Source of the DNA: a virus
Lineage: Duplodnaviria; Heunggongvirae; Uroviricota; Caudoviricetes
DNA: 64,000 nucleotides
IMG/VR virus record: IMGVR_UViG_3300046004_001633
Coordinates: 36,792-100,791 of that record
Reading direction: 5' to 3' (one strand)
The position numbers and the translations under genes were made by a program. The notes beneath the pieces were generated by a model that was not told where the DNA came from, ran no database searches, and saw nothing but the letters and a program-made list of their open reading frames with translations. Of this stretch, positions 17,399-26,252 are shown in pieces. Position 1 is the first letter of the stretch. Each line of letters starts with the position of its first letter.

Positions 17399-18058
17399 AT
17401 TTACTTGCCATTTACTAAGTTCGGTAACTTTACAGATTTCAGAACGTATGCTATTATCAGTGTACATACTAATAACAACTTGTTTAATATCATTGGTTAT
17501 TATAACTTTTGGCTTGCGCCCGGAATTTGACAAATCTCTATTTTTATATATTTCACTATTACGAATACCTTCTCGTATAGCGTTTATTCGACTATCTTTA
17601 TTTTCTTTCCAATTTTTACTAATTTTTTCTGAACGCTTAAGTTTTGTTGCAGCGGACATGTTTTTATGAAAATTAGTAATTGATTTTTTAAGTTTTTCTT
17701 TCGATGTGGAACATTTCCATTTTTCAGTTGAAATTTTACTCATTTTATTTGAAAACTTATCCCAATCTGATTTAGTAAATCCTTTAAAATTTCCAACCCC
17801 GTAATTTTCTTCTGCTATATTATAGAATTTGGTACTAGTAGCGGCATCAAATTTTTTAATCCAAAATACTTCCTTATCTCGTAATTCATCATATGTGTTA
17901 CAATATTCTAATATTTCTTTTTTAAAATTTTCTTTACCGTACTTTTTTATAGCAGAGTGTAATCTTTTCCCGGATCCTAAATAATTTGGATTGTTATGTT
18001 TGTCTTTACCAATATAAGATTTACCGTTAACTAGATTAGTTGTTTTATATACCACCAT
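17366..18058 (-). CDS. GIY-YIG homing endonuclease (free-standing, Seg/I-TevI-like)
   Basis: N-terminal VVYKTTNLVNGKSYIGKD...YLGSG...EVFWIKKF matches the GIY-x10-YIG module. Lys-rich C-terminal DNA-binding region. Sits exactly between the two halves of the AAA+ ATPase gene. Confidence 0.75.
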   Translation of the reverse strand: MVVYKTTNLVNGKSYIGKDKHNNPNYLGSGKRLHSAIKKYGKENFKKEILEYCNTYDELRDKEVFWIKKFDAATSTKFYNIAEENYGVGNFKGFTKSDWDKFSNKMSKISTEKWKCSTSKEKLKKSITNFHKNMSAATKLKRSEKISKNWKENKDSRINAIREGIRNSEIYKNRDLSNSGRKPKVIITNDIKQVVISMYTDNSIRSEICKVTELSKWQVNTILKKVGLIK

Positions 18059-18121
18059 AATATTCTTTACTTTATTATAAATATGATAATATAGGGAAAA
18101 ACATTATGGTGGTATTAATCT

Positions 18122-18619
18122 TTACAACTTAGTTACCGAAATAACATTTGGATCTTTTAGGAGTGTCTGGTATTCTTCTTCTGTAACTTCTAATTGGTTA
18201 ACAACTGGGACATTAACCAATGCTTTTGCGGCTTGTGTCTTACCGCTACCTGCTGGACCAACACACATTATATTCTTACCTCTAACGGCAGATCGAACTA
18301 GATACTTCCATTTGATATCAGACATCTCTAAATCCTTTGGCTTAATTTCGTGTGAACGATTAATCAATGCCATTACTGGATCTAAAGTTACATCAACTGC
18401 TGTTTCCATTGCCGGCAGTATCTCTGCAGGAATTCCATCTGCGGATATTCTACGAGCCTTTTGGGTTTCGTGATTAAACACTAAAGCATCATTGCTAGCC
18501 TCAGCTGCGTCGATCATCGATTTTCTAAAAAGATGTGTGATGTCTTCTCCGGTGCTTACTTCAAATACTAATTTACCAGATAAACTTGTGGTAATTGTTC
18601 CATACTGTTTGTTATTCAT
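18122..18619 (-). CDS. cobS: CobS/MoxR-like AAA+ ATPase, N-terminal half (Walker A)
   Basis: Walker A GPAGSGKT 37 aa before the stop. Continuation of the AAA+ domain is found in ORF 16570..17340. Confidence 0.6.
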   Translation of the reverse strand: MNNKQYGTITTSLSGKLVFEVSTGEDITHLFRKSMIDAAEASNDALVFNHETQKARRISADGIPAEILPAMETAVDVTLDPVMALINRSHEIKPKDLEMSDIKWKYLVRSAVRGKNIMCVGPAGSGKTQAAKALVNVPVVNQLEVTEEEYQTLLKDPNVISVTKL

Positions 18620-18678
18620 AGCTCTTTATTTTATATTATTATAATAAGAAATAAAAAACTAATATCCAACCTTTATTG
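18620..18678 (-). promoter_or_regulatory. sigma70-like promoter TTGGAT-N17-TATTAT
   Basis: Minus strand TTGGAT (18669..18664), 17-nt spacer, TATTAT (18646..18641). Confidence 0.5.
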
Positions 18679-19752
18679 TAACTTTTTCACGGAAGTTCCA
18701 TCATCATATATTACAATTACAATGCCTCGATACTCTTCAGTAACTAGTTGTCCTAATAGGTTGATAGTTCTAACTATGAATTTATGTGGACGGTTGTCGA
18801 CTGAGATAGGACCATATTGTTTGAAGTTGCCATCATAGTCAACCTGTGTTAATCGGTAATAGTTTATGGCTGCCGGTGCATCAGTATCAACAAAATTATA
18901 ATCTAATAACTGAGTACTATTCCCAGCACCAGTTGTCATGTTTATAACATCCTTCTCGGTAAAGTCTCCGGTGGTTGTTCGTTCTAATATAAAGTGACTC
19001 GAGTTGTGTTCGGAAGCAGTCTGCCATTTTAATACATTGTACTCAGAATATTTTGTTCCTGTGAATTCAGTTAATTCAACCGGTAACGAATAAACTCTGA
19101 CTAATTCGATGTTATCTATCCACCATTCTTCTCCAGCCGAATTTACTCTACAAAATAAATCTATAGCTACTTGTGTTATTCCGGTTGGTAAGTATAGAGA
19201 TATAAATGTTGGGCCTGTAGTACTAGCACCTGCAGGAGCTTGGTATAAATCGCCAGTCGGAGCAGCAGAGTTTGTATAAGACCCATTTGCTGTATGATTA
19301 ATGGATCCTGTTGATGTATACGGCCATGATGCGTTAGCATTTCCTGTTATCCTAAGTTCGGAAATATAAGTAGCTCCTCCATTAGTTGATACTTGCACAT
19401 CAACAAAGTCTGCGACATCAACGCCTTTAGTTGTTGCCGTTGATGTAAATGAATGTGAAGCTAATCTAAATTTGAGTTGGTATTGTGATGTTGCACTTAA
19501 CCCAGTAACATTTGGCATCGAATACCAATCCTGTTCAGTACCAGACGCTCCATTGCCACTTCCATATATTACGGCACTCGTATTAGATGAAACTGATACA
19601 TTCGTTGCCCAAGTAGCTGTTGGCACTCCGAACCACCAACCAGCTGTTAAATAATTTGTGGAAGATGCTTCCATAAAATCATACTCAATTACTGTTTGGG
19701 CATGGATTGATATGTTAAATAATAAACATAGAGATAGTATTAACTTTTTCAT
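18673..19752 (-). CDS. secreted protein with signal peptide and C-terminal T9SS sorting domain
   Basis: N-terminus MKKLILSLCLLFNISIHAQ. C-terminal ~80 aa (...YRLTQVDYDGNFKQYGPISV...IVRTINLLGQLV...IVIVIYDDGTSVKKLQ) matches the Bacteroidota Por-secretion CTD pattern. Confidence 0.65.
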   Translation of the reverse strand: MKKLILSLCLLFNISIHAQTVIEYDFMEASSTNYLTAGWWFGVPTATWATNVSVSSNTSAVIYGSGNGASGTEQDWYSMPNVTGLSATSQYQLKFRLASHSFTSTATTKGVDVADFVDVQVSTNGGATYISELRITGNANASWPYTSTGSINHTANGSYTNSAAPTGDLYQAPAGASTTGPTFISLYLPTGITQVAIDLFCRVNSAGEEWWIDNIELVRVYSLPVELTEFTGTKYSEYNVLKWQTASEHNSSHFILERTTTGDFTEKDVINMTTGAGNSTQLLDYNFVDTDAPAAINYYRLTQVDYDGNFKQYGPISVDNRPHKFIVRTINLLGQLVTEEYRGIVIVIYDDGTSVKKLQ

Positions 19753-19962
19753 AGATCTAGATTTCGGTGTTTTGGTTTTCTGGTGTAATTTTTCTTGGAA
19801 GGAATTGATCGGGCAACGAATCGACCATCGAAATAGCCTTGTTGCTTTTGAGATTCTCTGCTCGCGGTTAAGCAGATCTTATGCATTGTATTTGCTTTCA
19901 TGATAACTTTATTATAATTATAACGTTCTAGTTGTATACCAACTTAAACCAGGTAAATCGAC

Positions 19963-20292
19963 CTAGTCAAATACCGGCTTCAATTGTTGAAATGCGTGTT
20001 CATATGCCTTAACGGGTTCATATGGATACAATGGTAACAGTGTATATACTAATTCAAATACATCTCGCTGTATTCCATATGAATACGCTTCCATCATAAT
20101 ATCTTCAATCTCATCAATCTGTGCCATTATTATCCTTATTATATATAAAAAAATTATTAATTCCAAATTACCAGGCTCTGCAGCTCCAATATCTTGCAGA
20201 TGTTCTGTCTTTAGCTGTTGCACATTTATGACGAGCCCGGAAACTTTTTCTACGGGCAGGTATATTCTTTTTGATCCGCATATTAGGATCAC
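19963..20292 (-). CDS. hypothetical protein (start probably at internal Met near 20127)
   Basis: Overlaps the upstream ORF by 125 nt in another frame. MAQIDEIEDIMMEAYSYG... is a plausible true start. Confidence 0.35.
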   Translation of the reverse strand: MILICGSKRIYLPVEKVSGLVINVQQLKTEHLQDIGAAEPGNLELIIFLYIIRIIMAQIDEIEDIMMEAYSYGIQRDVFELVYTLLPLYPYEPVKAYEHAFQQLKPVFD

Positions 20293-20605
20293 CGAAGTTA
20301 ACTTTAACTACATTGCCTTTTTCATTCTTAACATACACCGATCGTTTCTTTGGTCCACCTGGTGTTAAGAATGGTTTGCCTAGCTTGACTTTCCGGCCTT
20401 GATACTCAGCTTCATTAAGACCTGATTGTATTACCGTAATATGCTCAGATTCCGTTACACTTCGTTTAATTGCCTCAACTAAGCATGTTGGACAATATTC
20501 ATCAGTTTCTTTGATAGGAACACAATTTGGTACTTGTTTCCCGCCTTTTTTCTTCATTCCAATTTGTTGATATCCATCCCAACAAGCTTCATCAATGTAT
20601 TGCAT
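20168..20605 (-). CDS. basic hypothetical protein
   Basis: 145 aa, Lys/Arg-rich C-terminus (GKPFLTPGGPKKRSVYVKNEKG...RRKSFRARHK). Confidence 0.45.
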   Translation of the reverse strand: MQYIDEACWDGYQQIGMKKKGGKQVPNCVPIKETDEYCPTCLVEAIKRSVTESEHITVIQSGLNEAEYQGRKVKLGKPFLTPGGPKKRSVYVKNEKGNVVKVNFGDPNMRIKKNIPARRKSFRARHKCATAKDRTSARYWSCRAW

Positions 20606-20606
20606 T

Positions 20607-21356
20607 TTACAATTCCTGTCGTATACTCAATTGCGGCAGATATGTTCTCCACACCTTAAGTATTTGTTCTTTATCTGGTTCTGTTATTGTGTTGTTCTGT
20701 GTCCACACGTCCAAGTAATCATTGACAACTTGTTTGAATGGCAGTCGGCTTTTCTTGGCTTTAATATACAATCCTTGAATCATTGCTGGTATCTCTTTTT
20801 TAAGAAGGAAATACTGTTTAGTTGCTACTTCGCCGGAGCCAATCTTTTCTCTGCGTGATTTGTCTGATGGGAGGAATTTGCCTTGTTTAAGATTCCAACC
20901 ACTTTGTGTTGTATGTTCAATTTCATGACGAAGCACATCGCGTAGGTTCATCGCAACCTCACTTAACAGGGTAGGATATTCTGCAGGATCTAATTCAAAT
21001 CTAATTTCAATCAATGGCATCTCTTCAGACACTCGTTTAGTATCATTATAAGCATCGCCGCCCATTCGAAGATCATTCAATCCATCGATCCATTGAACCT
21101 TAAGGGCTAAATAAAAGTCTAATGGGATATCCATGTTTTCAACTTCCTCAAACCATATCTTTTCAAATTGATCATCATCATCGATATCCGGTACAGCTTC
21201 TCCTTGTTTGAAATGAATCTTTTGTCCGGAGAACTCCCCCTTAGGATTTTGAGTAGCAGAGAAACTATCTTTTATAACAGTTAGCAGTTTACGAGACAAT
21301 TCAGTCACGATGCTATCATACCGGCCTTCGATAATTAATTTCTTCATTGATATCAT
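20607..21356 (-). CDS. hypothetical protein
   Basis: 249 aa, acidic patch DIDDDDQFEK. Confidence 0.5.
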   Translation of the reverse strand: MISMKKLIIEGRYDSIVTELSRKLLTVIKDSFSATQNPKGEFSGQKIHFKQGEAVPDIDDDDQFEKIWFEEVENMDIPLDFYLALKVQWIDGLNDLRMGGDAYNDTKRVSEEMPLIEIRFELDPAEYPTLLSEVAMNLRDVLRHEIEHTTQSGWNLKQGKFLPSDKSRREKIGSGEVATKQYFLLKKEIPAMIQGLYIKAKKSRLPFKQVVNDYLDVWTQNNTITEPDKEQILKVWRTYLPQLSIRQEL

Positions 21357-21369
21357 ATTAATAAATATA

Positions 21370-21930
21370 CTAATCAGATAAATTGTTATAATTCCAAAAT
21401 GCTTCTTTATCTGCCTTAAATGGTGCTCCTACTTGCTGATAATAACAGTTAAGACAAAGCATTTGTATGTTTTCAACCCGGTGGTTTGTGATATCGCCAT
21501 CCATATGATCAAGTAGCAGTGGAACAGTATCATCTGTGACTCTGCGTTCGGAATATCCACAGCTTGTGCATTCTTCTGGCATTATTGCTAAAGCTAGTAA
21601 TCGATTGCGAAGTTTCCATCCCGGATACTTTGGGTATTGACCTTGAAGAATCAAATCAATACTGTATGGACTACCATCGGCTCTGCTGGTATCTTTTGGA
21701 ATACCTACTCCGGCTTGGTTAGTGTGCATATCATACAATGTCTTTCCCGTTTCCCGATCAATATACATGTTTGCATACTTCTTCCAGGTTGTGAATGATA
21801 CTTTCATGAAGCGAGCCGCTTCTGCATTCGACTGCGTGTTTGCTATTGCATATCGAATGTCAGATTCAGGCAAGTCCATTGCTGAGCGACCCCTGCCATA
21901 TACATACTTATATTGTGGCTGATCACTCAT
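21370..21930 (-). CDS. HNH endonuclease
   Basis: CTSCGYSE...LLDHMDGDITNHRVENIQMLCLNC gives the H-N-H core with flanking Cys pairs. Confidence 0.6.
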   Translation of the reverse strand: MSDQPQYKYVYGRGRSAMDLPESDIRYAIANTQSNAEAARFMKVSFTTWKKYANMYIDRETGKTLYDMHTNQAGVGIPKDTSRADGSPYSIDLILQGQYPKYPGWKLRNRLLALAIMPEECTSCGYSERRVTDDTVPLLLDHMDGDITNHRVENIQMLCLNCYYQQVGAPFKADKEAFWNYNNLSD

Positions 21931-21932
21931 TA

Positions 21933-22319
21933 TTAATATACTCCGTGTTTACGTAGTTCTAATATTGCTTGTTTAGGAAACGTTTTATTCTCCCACATCT
22001 CAATCATTACTGGTTTTAATTTGCTAACCAAATCCAAGAATGTTGCGTGATAAACTCCTGATTGTGTTTTAACTACATTGTACCAATTTGAATACACACT
22101 GTACTCGGAATCGAAACGATCTTCTGGCGTTCTATTTTCCCAATACTCTAGTTGGTCTTGCAATGGCCATAGATTTAATGGTACGTTAGAATCTTTTCGA
22201 CGTTCCGGTAAAGTTGGTTTATCCTTTGCTCTATTTGAATTTCGTGTGATGAATTTATCCATCAAGTTGATTGCAGCATCTTTTGGAGATTGGCCGGCTC
22301 TTGCATCTTTTTTACTCAT
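21933..22319 (-). CDS. hypothetical protein
   Basis: 128 aa. Confidence 0.45.
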   Translation of the reverse strand: MSKKDARAGQSPKDAAINLMDKFITRNSNRAKDKPTLPERRKDSNVPLNLWPLQDQLEYWENRTPEDRFDSEYSVYSNWYNVVKTQSGVYHATFLDLVSKLKPVMIEMWENKTFPKQAILELRKHGVY

Positions 22320-22504
22320 AACTGTTTTTCCGTTATCTTTTCGGTTAATAAAACTAATTTACGCCAAGCATCTTCAGCTTTATAAACGTATTTTCTAAAT
22401 TTAATGATATCTAATAATTCCCTCGCAGCATCAGCTTTTTTAATATTCCGATGATATGTTGCATGGAGTAATCCAATGCGAAGTTTAATAAACCATTTAC
22501 GCAT
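22316..22504 (-). CDS. hypothetical small protein
   Basis: 62 aa, 4-nt overlaps on both sides. Confidence 0.3.
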   Translation of the reverse strand: MRKWFIKLRIGLLHATYHRNIKKADAARELLDIIKFRKYVYKAEDAWRKLVLLTEKITEKQL

Positions 22505-22865
22505 AACTTTTATATTTTGTGATTGTTACTGTTAATCCTAATGAATGTAGTTCTTGTCTTGCTGATTCACAAAACTCCCAAAAATCTACGAACACTGATA
22601 CCGTTCCTACTCGGTGTATGATTGTAGCACATTGTACAGCTTGTAAATAACTATGATTACAAACCTCCATTAAACTGTCTATAACATGATCAAATGTATT
22701 GTGGTCATCATTGAGCACATTAACTTGCCATTGTCCTCGAGGTGTTTTAATTGATTGTTTTTTCGACATCGCGAATGATTGCACATTGTTCATAAAACTC
22801 ATTTTTCTCGGCATATTGGAGACACGCTTGCAAGAATCGATGTTTCCGTTCAGTATCCCAAGCAT
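22497..22865 (-). CDS. clpS: ClpS-like ATP-dependent Clp protease adaptor (N-degron recognin)
   Basis: QWQVNVLNDDHNTFDHVIDSLMEVC...AVQCATIIHRVGTVSVFV...ESARQELH follows the ClpS pattern V.LLNDD.T....V...L......A...M...H..G. The real start is probably an internal Met (about 22769-22799), which reduces the overlap with ORF 22747..22950. Confidence 0.6.
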   Translation of the reverse strand: MLGILNGNIDSCKRVSNMPRKMSFMNNVQSFAMSKKQSIKTPRGQWQVNVLNDDHNTFDHVIDSLMEVCNHSYLQAVQCATIIHRVGTVSVFVDFWEFCESARQELHSLGLTVTITKYKSYA

Positions 22866-22950
22866 CTGGCCATGTCCACGAATCCGTCTTCATGTGGTTA
22901 ATTGATGCTATTAATAACTTATCTATAAAATTCTCATCCATACTATCCAT
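22747..22950 (-). CDS. hypothetical small protein
   Basis: 67 aa. Confidence 0.35.
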   Translation of the reverse strand: MDSMDENFIDKLLIASINHMKTDSWTWPDAWDTERKHRFLQACLQYAEKNEFYEQCAIIRDVEKTIN

Positions 22951-22985
22951 ACTATAATATATAAAAATTTCTATAAATAACCAAA

Positions 22986-23765
22986 TTATTTTAGTTTAAT
23001 CTTGTCGCCTGGTTTTATATCATCGCCGCTAGTTAAACCATTAACTGATTTAATATCATCTAGTGTCATACTATGATTTAATGCTATTTTAAGTAGAGTA
23101 TCGCCAGGTTTTACCACATAGGTTGATTCTGCATATGATTTTGCAAGTGCACTATCTATCCAATCAATACCAGATGGATTTGAATCTGTTTTTTTCGATG
23201 TTGTAGCTATAGCAGGTTTTGTTTTTAATTCTTTAGCGTATTTAGTAAATGCATCCGCATTAGATTGCATTCTAGCTACTACTCCGCGGAACTTACCCGG
23301 GTTTGTAAAATTTGGGTGTTGCAAATATTTTGTAGCAACATCATCCCATTGGCCTGCATTTATAGTTTTAATTGTTACCGGACCTAAGTCGCCTCTGTAG
23401 ATTGCATTTAAAATTGCAGCTCGTACATATTTTGGATATGAATCATATTTTGCAATTAAACCTCGAGCTTTTACTTCGTGTTCTGTAATACCTTTTGTTA
23501 GCAATGACTCGGCATTGGATGGAGATATTTTCATCCCTGCTTTTAGTCCAGGAAGTACTGAATCAGTTGTTCCATATCCAATTGTTAATGTGCCGCGGAC
23601 TGGCTGACCTGGAGTTGCTGGTCTAGACGGATTTGCATCATCATATGCTAAATGGTTGTTTGCTTGATCAGTTGGGCCCGGTCCTTCCCATGATTTAACT
23701 TGTTCGCGGAATTCGTTATCTGTTGACAACGTTGCTTCTGACAATAAGTTCTTTAACCGTATCAT
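22986..23765 (-). CDS. endolysin: GH24 phage lysozyme domain plus C-terminal LysM
   Basis: WEGPG...YDD...TLTIGYGTTD fits the T4-lysozyme-type E...D...TIGxG catalytic region. C-terminal YVVKPGDTLLKIALNHSMTLDDIKSVNGL...IKPGDKIKL is a LysM motif. Confidence 0.7.
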   Translation of the reverse strand: MIRLKNLLSEATLSTDNEFREQVKSWEGPGPTDQANNHLAYDDANPSRPATPGQPVRGTLTIGYGTTDSVLPGLKAGMKISPSNAESLLTKGITEHEVKARGLIAKYDSYPKYVRAAILNAIYRGDLGPVTIKTINAGQWDDVATKYLQHPNFTNPGKFRGVVARMQSNADAFTKYAKELKTKPAIATTSKKTDSNPSGIDWIDSALAKSYAESTYVVKPGDTLLKIALNHSMTLDDIKSVNGLTSGDDIKPGDKIKLK

Positions 23766-24106
23766 TTTTTAGTTTCATGTATAATTAGTTCGCCTAATAC
23801 TTCTAAACGGCCTACTTCGCGTTGAAATTCAATTTGAGTCATTGATGTAGATATTTTTTTATATGTAGAATCAAATTCTTTTTGAGCTTCTGCTAAATCA
23901 AATTTGCCAGCTGCGGCTCGTTTATAATAAGACAATTTAACTTTGAAATGATGCCATGTTAATAATGCAAGTCCGCCTTTTGATTTAGCTGTGTTAGAAA
24001 TCTTCTCAGCGCCTGCTTCTCTAGTGTCTGCAAATGTTTCAAACGTATCTGGTTTGTCTTTTGATTCGAATAATAAATCGTATAGTTTCATATTAATAAA
24101 TATCAT
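23762..24106 (-). CDS. hypothetical protein
   Basis: 114 aa. Confidence 0.45.
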   Translation of the reverse strand: MIFINMKLYDLLFESKDKPDTFETFADTREAGAEKISNTAKSKGGLALLTWHHFKVKLSYYKRAAAGKFDLAEAQKEFDSTYKKISTSMTQIEFQREVGRLEVLGELIIHETKK

Positions 24107-24738
24107 TATTTTACATTTTTAAATTCTGTGATATACGAATAATCCGTTTCTACTTTACGTTTATTTTCTACGCTATATTCATTCATGTCAATTTTATACC
24201 CAGGATTTTTTTCTATTCTTTTATATGTCCATGCATCATCTCGCCATATAATTCTGTTATTTGGATAAATAAAAAAATTACCGTTATCCATTTTAAACAA
24301 ATGACCACATTTATGCTCAGGAGTTTCTGAAAAGTTTACATTCATTATGCCGGCTTTATTTTCCCAGGCCCAATCTAACGTGAACATGTATGTACCTGGG
24401 TGTTTTGTTCCGGTGAAATCTATTAGTTCAGCTTGAAGTCCTGCTAATCGTTGACGAACTTGTACATCGATATATGGACTAAAACAATCCCAATACATAT
24501 GATATTCTATAGGCAGTTTAGGTGCATCTTTTTTCCAACAAAATGCCGTGATTGGTCTTCTTGTCCAATTAACTCCATTTTCTAAAAATGCCTCAAATAA
24601 TGGAACTCGTTTTTCCATAGATGCTACACTGTGTACATCAGCTAATGTATATTCACCACTACCAGATTCATGATTAAACATATACTCATTGCGTATGTAA
24701 CATGTTATTGTTGGTATGTTATGATTTAAGTATGCCAT
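24106..24738 (-). CDS. hypothetical protein
   Basis: 210 aa, Trp-rich. Confidence 0.45.
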   Translation of the reverse strand: MAYLNHNIPTITCYIRNEYMFNHESGSGEYTLADVHSVASMEKRVPLFEAFLENGVNWTRRPITAFCWKKDAPKLPIEYHMYWDCFSPYIDVQVRQRLAGLQAELIDFTGTKHPGTYMFTLDWAWENKAGIMNVNFSETPEHKCGHLFKMDNGNFFIYPNNRIIWRDDAWTYKRIEKNPGYKIDMNEYSVENKRKVETDYSYITEFKNVK

Positions 24739-25175
24739 TATTTTCTTTGTTTTGAAATTTCAATTGCTGCAAGTTGTTTAAGGGCTGCCTTCTTCGTAGA
24801 ATGAGTACCTAAACGTTCTCCTCCTTTGCTAGGATATACTACCCACGCGCCATCTATATGTTGTATTTTCTCAGGTATTAGTTTCTTAAGATGATTCTTA
24901 AAACTAGCTGGGACAAACTGTGGCTTCTGAGAATTATATGCCGTGTCTGAATCGGTATGCCCTGATCTTCCTATTAAGAAATGATACACTTCTTCAACAT
25001 CATCTGCAGAAGTTGCAATATGATCTACTGCCCATGAATGACCATCAGTTAACGTATGATCTACATGTTCCGGATCCATTTTTAATAATTCGCCAACTGC
25101 ATGATGTATTGTCTTTAAATTTTGAAAGAACATGTAGTTTGTTGATTCGGTGTTCTTTCCGCCAACATTATGCAT
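24738..25175 (-). CDS. hypothetical protein
   Basis: 145 aa, His-rich. Confidence 0.45.
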   Translation of the reverse strand: MHNVGGKNTESTNYMFFQNLKTIHHAVGELLKMDPEHVDHTLTDGHSWAVDHIATSADDVEEVYHFLIGRSGHTDSDTAYNSQKPQFVPASFKNHLKKLIPEKIQHIDGAWVVYPSKGGERLGTHSTKKAALKQLAAIEISKQRK

Positions 25176-25176
25176 A

Positions 25177-25347
25177 TTATGCCTTTTTAATTACGATAGA
25201 CCAGATTGCTCCAGTAAGTGTGCATACACCACCAATTAACTCAGTTACCATTGTTTCATCTAATAAACCTTTGGTAATTAAGATACCACCAACGAATGTT
25301 AGTGTGTGACGAATAATTCCTAGTACTTGTTCTTTTGTAAATTTCAT
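25177..25347 (-). CDS. small membrane protein (56 aa, below the ORF-track cutoff)
   Basis: ATG 25347..25345 to TAA 25179..25177: MKFTKEQVLGIIRHTLTFVGGILITKGLLDETMVTELIGGVCTLTGAIWSIVIKKA. Two hydrophobic segments. Fills an otherwise empty 190-nt gap. Confidence 0.35.
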   Translation of the reverse strand: MKFTKEQVLGIIRHTLTFVGGILITKGLLDETMVTELIGGVCTLTGAIWSIVIKKA

Positions 25348-25368
25348 AATTTTCCTTTTATATAAATA

Positions 25369-26058
25369 TTAAGTTGGCTGAATAAATAGTGTCATATTAA
25401 ATACGCTGCCTGTTGGTGCTGTTCCTGCTAACGTTGCACCACCAGATCCGTTAGCCAATCTAATAGAGCCGGCAATATAATCACCTTTATTCACTCCCTT
25501 GCCAACTTTATTACTGCTAGTAGCCTCGAATACATTTGATTGTAACTTATCGATACTAGCAGTTTCTGCGCCAGTTTTATTATAGATTGATATATAATAA
25601 CCATCTCCATCACCATTGCCGGGTATACTCGTGCCAGTAGTTATTGATGCTGATACTATAATCCCAGTAACTGGCATCATAACGCCCATTATATATTTTG
25701 CTGAGGCCGTTATTATTGGTTGTGGTAGGCCTAGTCCAAAATAATATTCAAATCCGGGGATCAATGTTGACGCACTATATGTAGCAAATTGGATCGGCAT
25801 CATATAGGTTGTTAGTCCGCCGCCAGTTGCATTCAACGCATAACTTGCTGTTGTTGCGAATGAACTAGAGACTGCTCGGGATGCTGATGTAGCAAATGAT
25901 GCGGTACCTGTTAGTGGTCCGGTGAAAGACCCTGTAAATGAACCGGTTGCTATAATTGTATCTGTGCTAACACCAGTCAATGCATCAATTGTACGAGTTA
26001 CATGTTCTGCTTGTATAGTTCCACCGTTTGTGATACCTGTTTTATTTAATATTGCCAT
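25369..26058 (-). CDS. Ser/Thr/Gly-rich structural-like protein (possible fibre or tail component)
   Basis: 229 aa low-complexity STGA-rich sequence with a GNGDGDGYY motif. Confidence 0.4.
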   Translation of the reverse strand: MAILNKTGITNGGTIQAEHVTRTIDALTGVSTDTIIATGSFTGSFTGPLTGTASFATSASRAVSSSFATTASYALNATGGGLTTYMMPIQFATYSASTLIPGFEYYFGLGLPQPIITASAKYIMGVMMPVTGIIVSASITTGTSIPGNGDGDGYYISIYNKTGAETASIDKLQSNVFEATSSNKVGKGVNKGDYIAGSIRLANGSGGATLAGTAPTGSVFNMTLFIQPT

Positions 26059-26252
26059 TATTTATCCTTGTTTCTATTTTTGTACATTGGCCAATGCTTT
26101 GTTTTTTCATTGACCCATTCTTGTCGATCATCACATCCGCAATCTTCATTTAGCAGTTGGGCTATTCGCTTTGCAATTTGGTCTAACCCGGTTGCTGAGG
26201 TTATCTTTTTAATATCATCCCCTAGTCCTCTACTTTGCATCAATACCTCCAT
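26058..26252 (-). CDS. hypothetical small protein
   Basis: 64 aa with CGCDDRQEW. Confidence 0.3.
   Translation of the reverse strand: MEVLMQSRGLGDDIKKITSATGLDQIAKRIAQLLNEDCGCDDRQEWVNEKTKHWPMYKNRNKDK

Noticed and set aside
17341-18121. Considered a group I intron carrying the GIY-YIG ORF (T4 td/I-TevI style) interrupting cobS.
   Set aside because: Only 25 nt and 63 nt lie outside the endonuclease ORF. Both flanks contain promoter-like motifs and both ATPase halves start with their own ATG. A free-standing insertion splitting the gene is more parsimonious. RNA data would be needed to exclude splicing fully.
19963-20605. 125-nt overlap between ORFs 20168..20605 and 19963..20292, considered as a programmed frameshift site.
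   Set aside because: No slippery heptamer is obvious. An internal Met (MAQIDEIED...) gives a non-overlapping downstream gene. This looks more likely to be a mis-called start.
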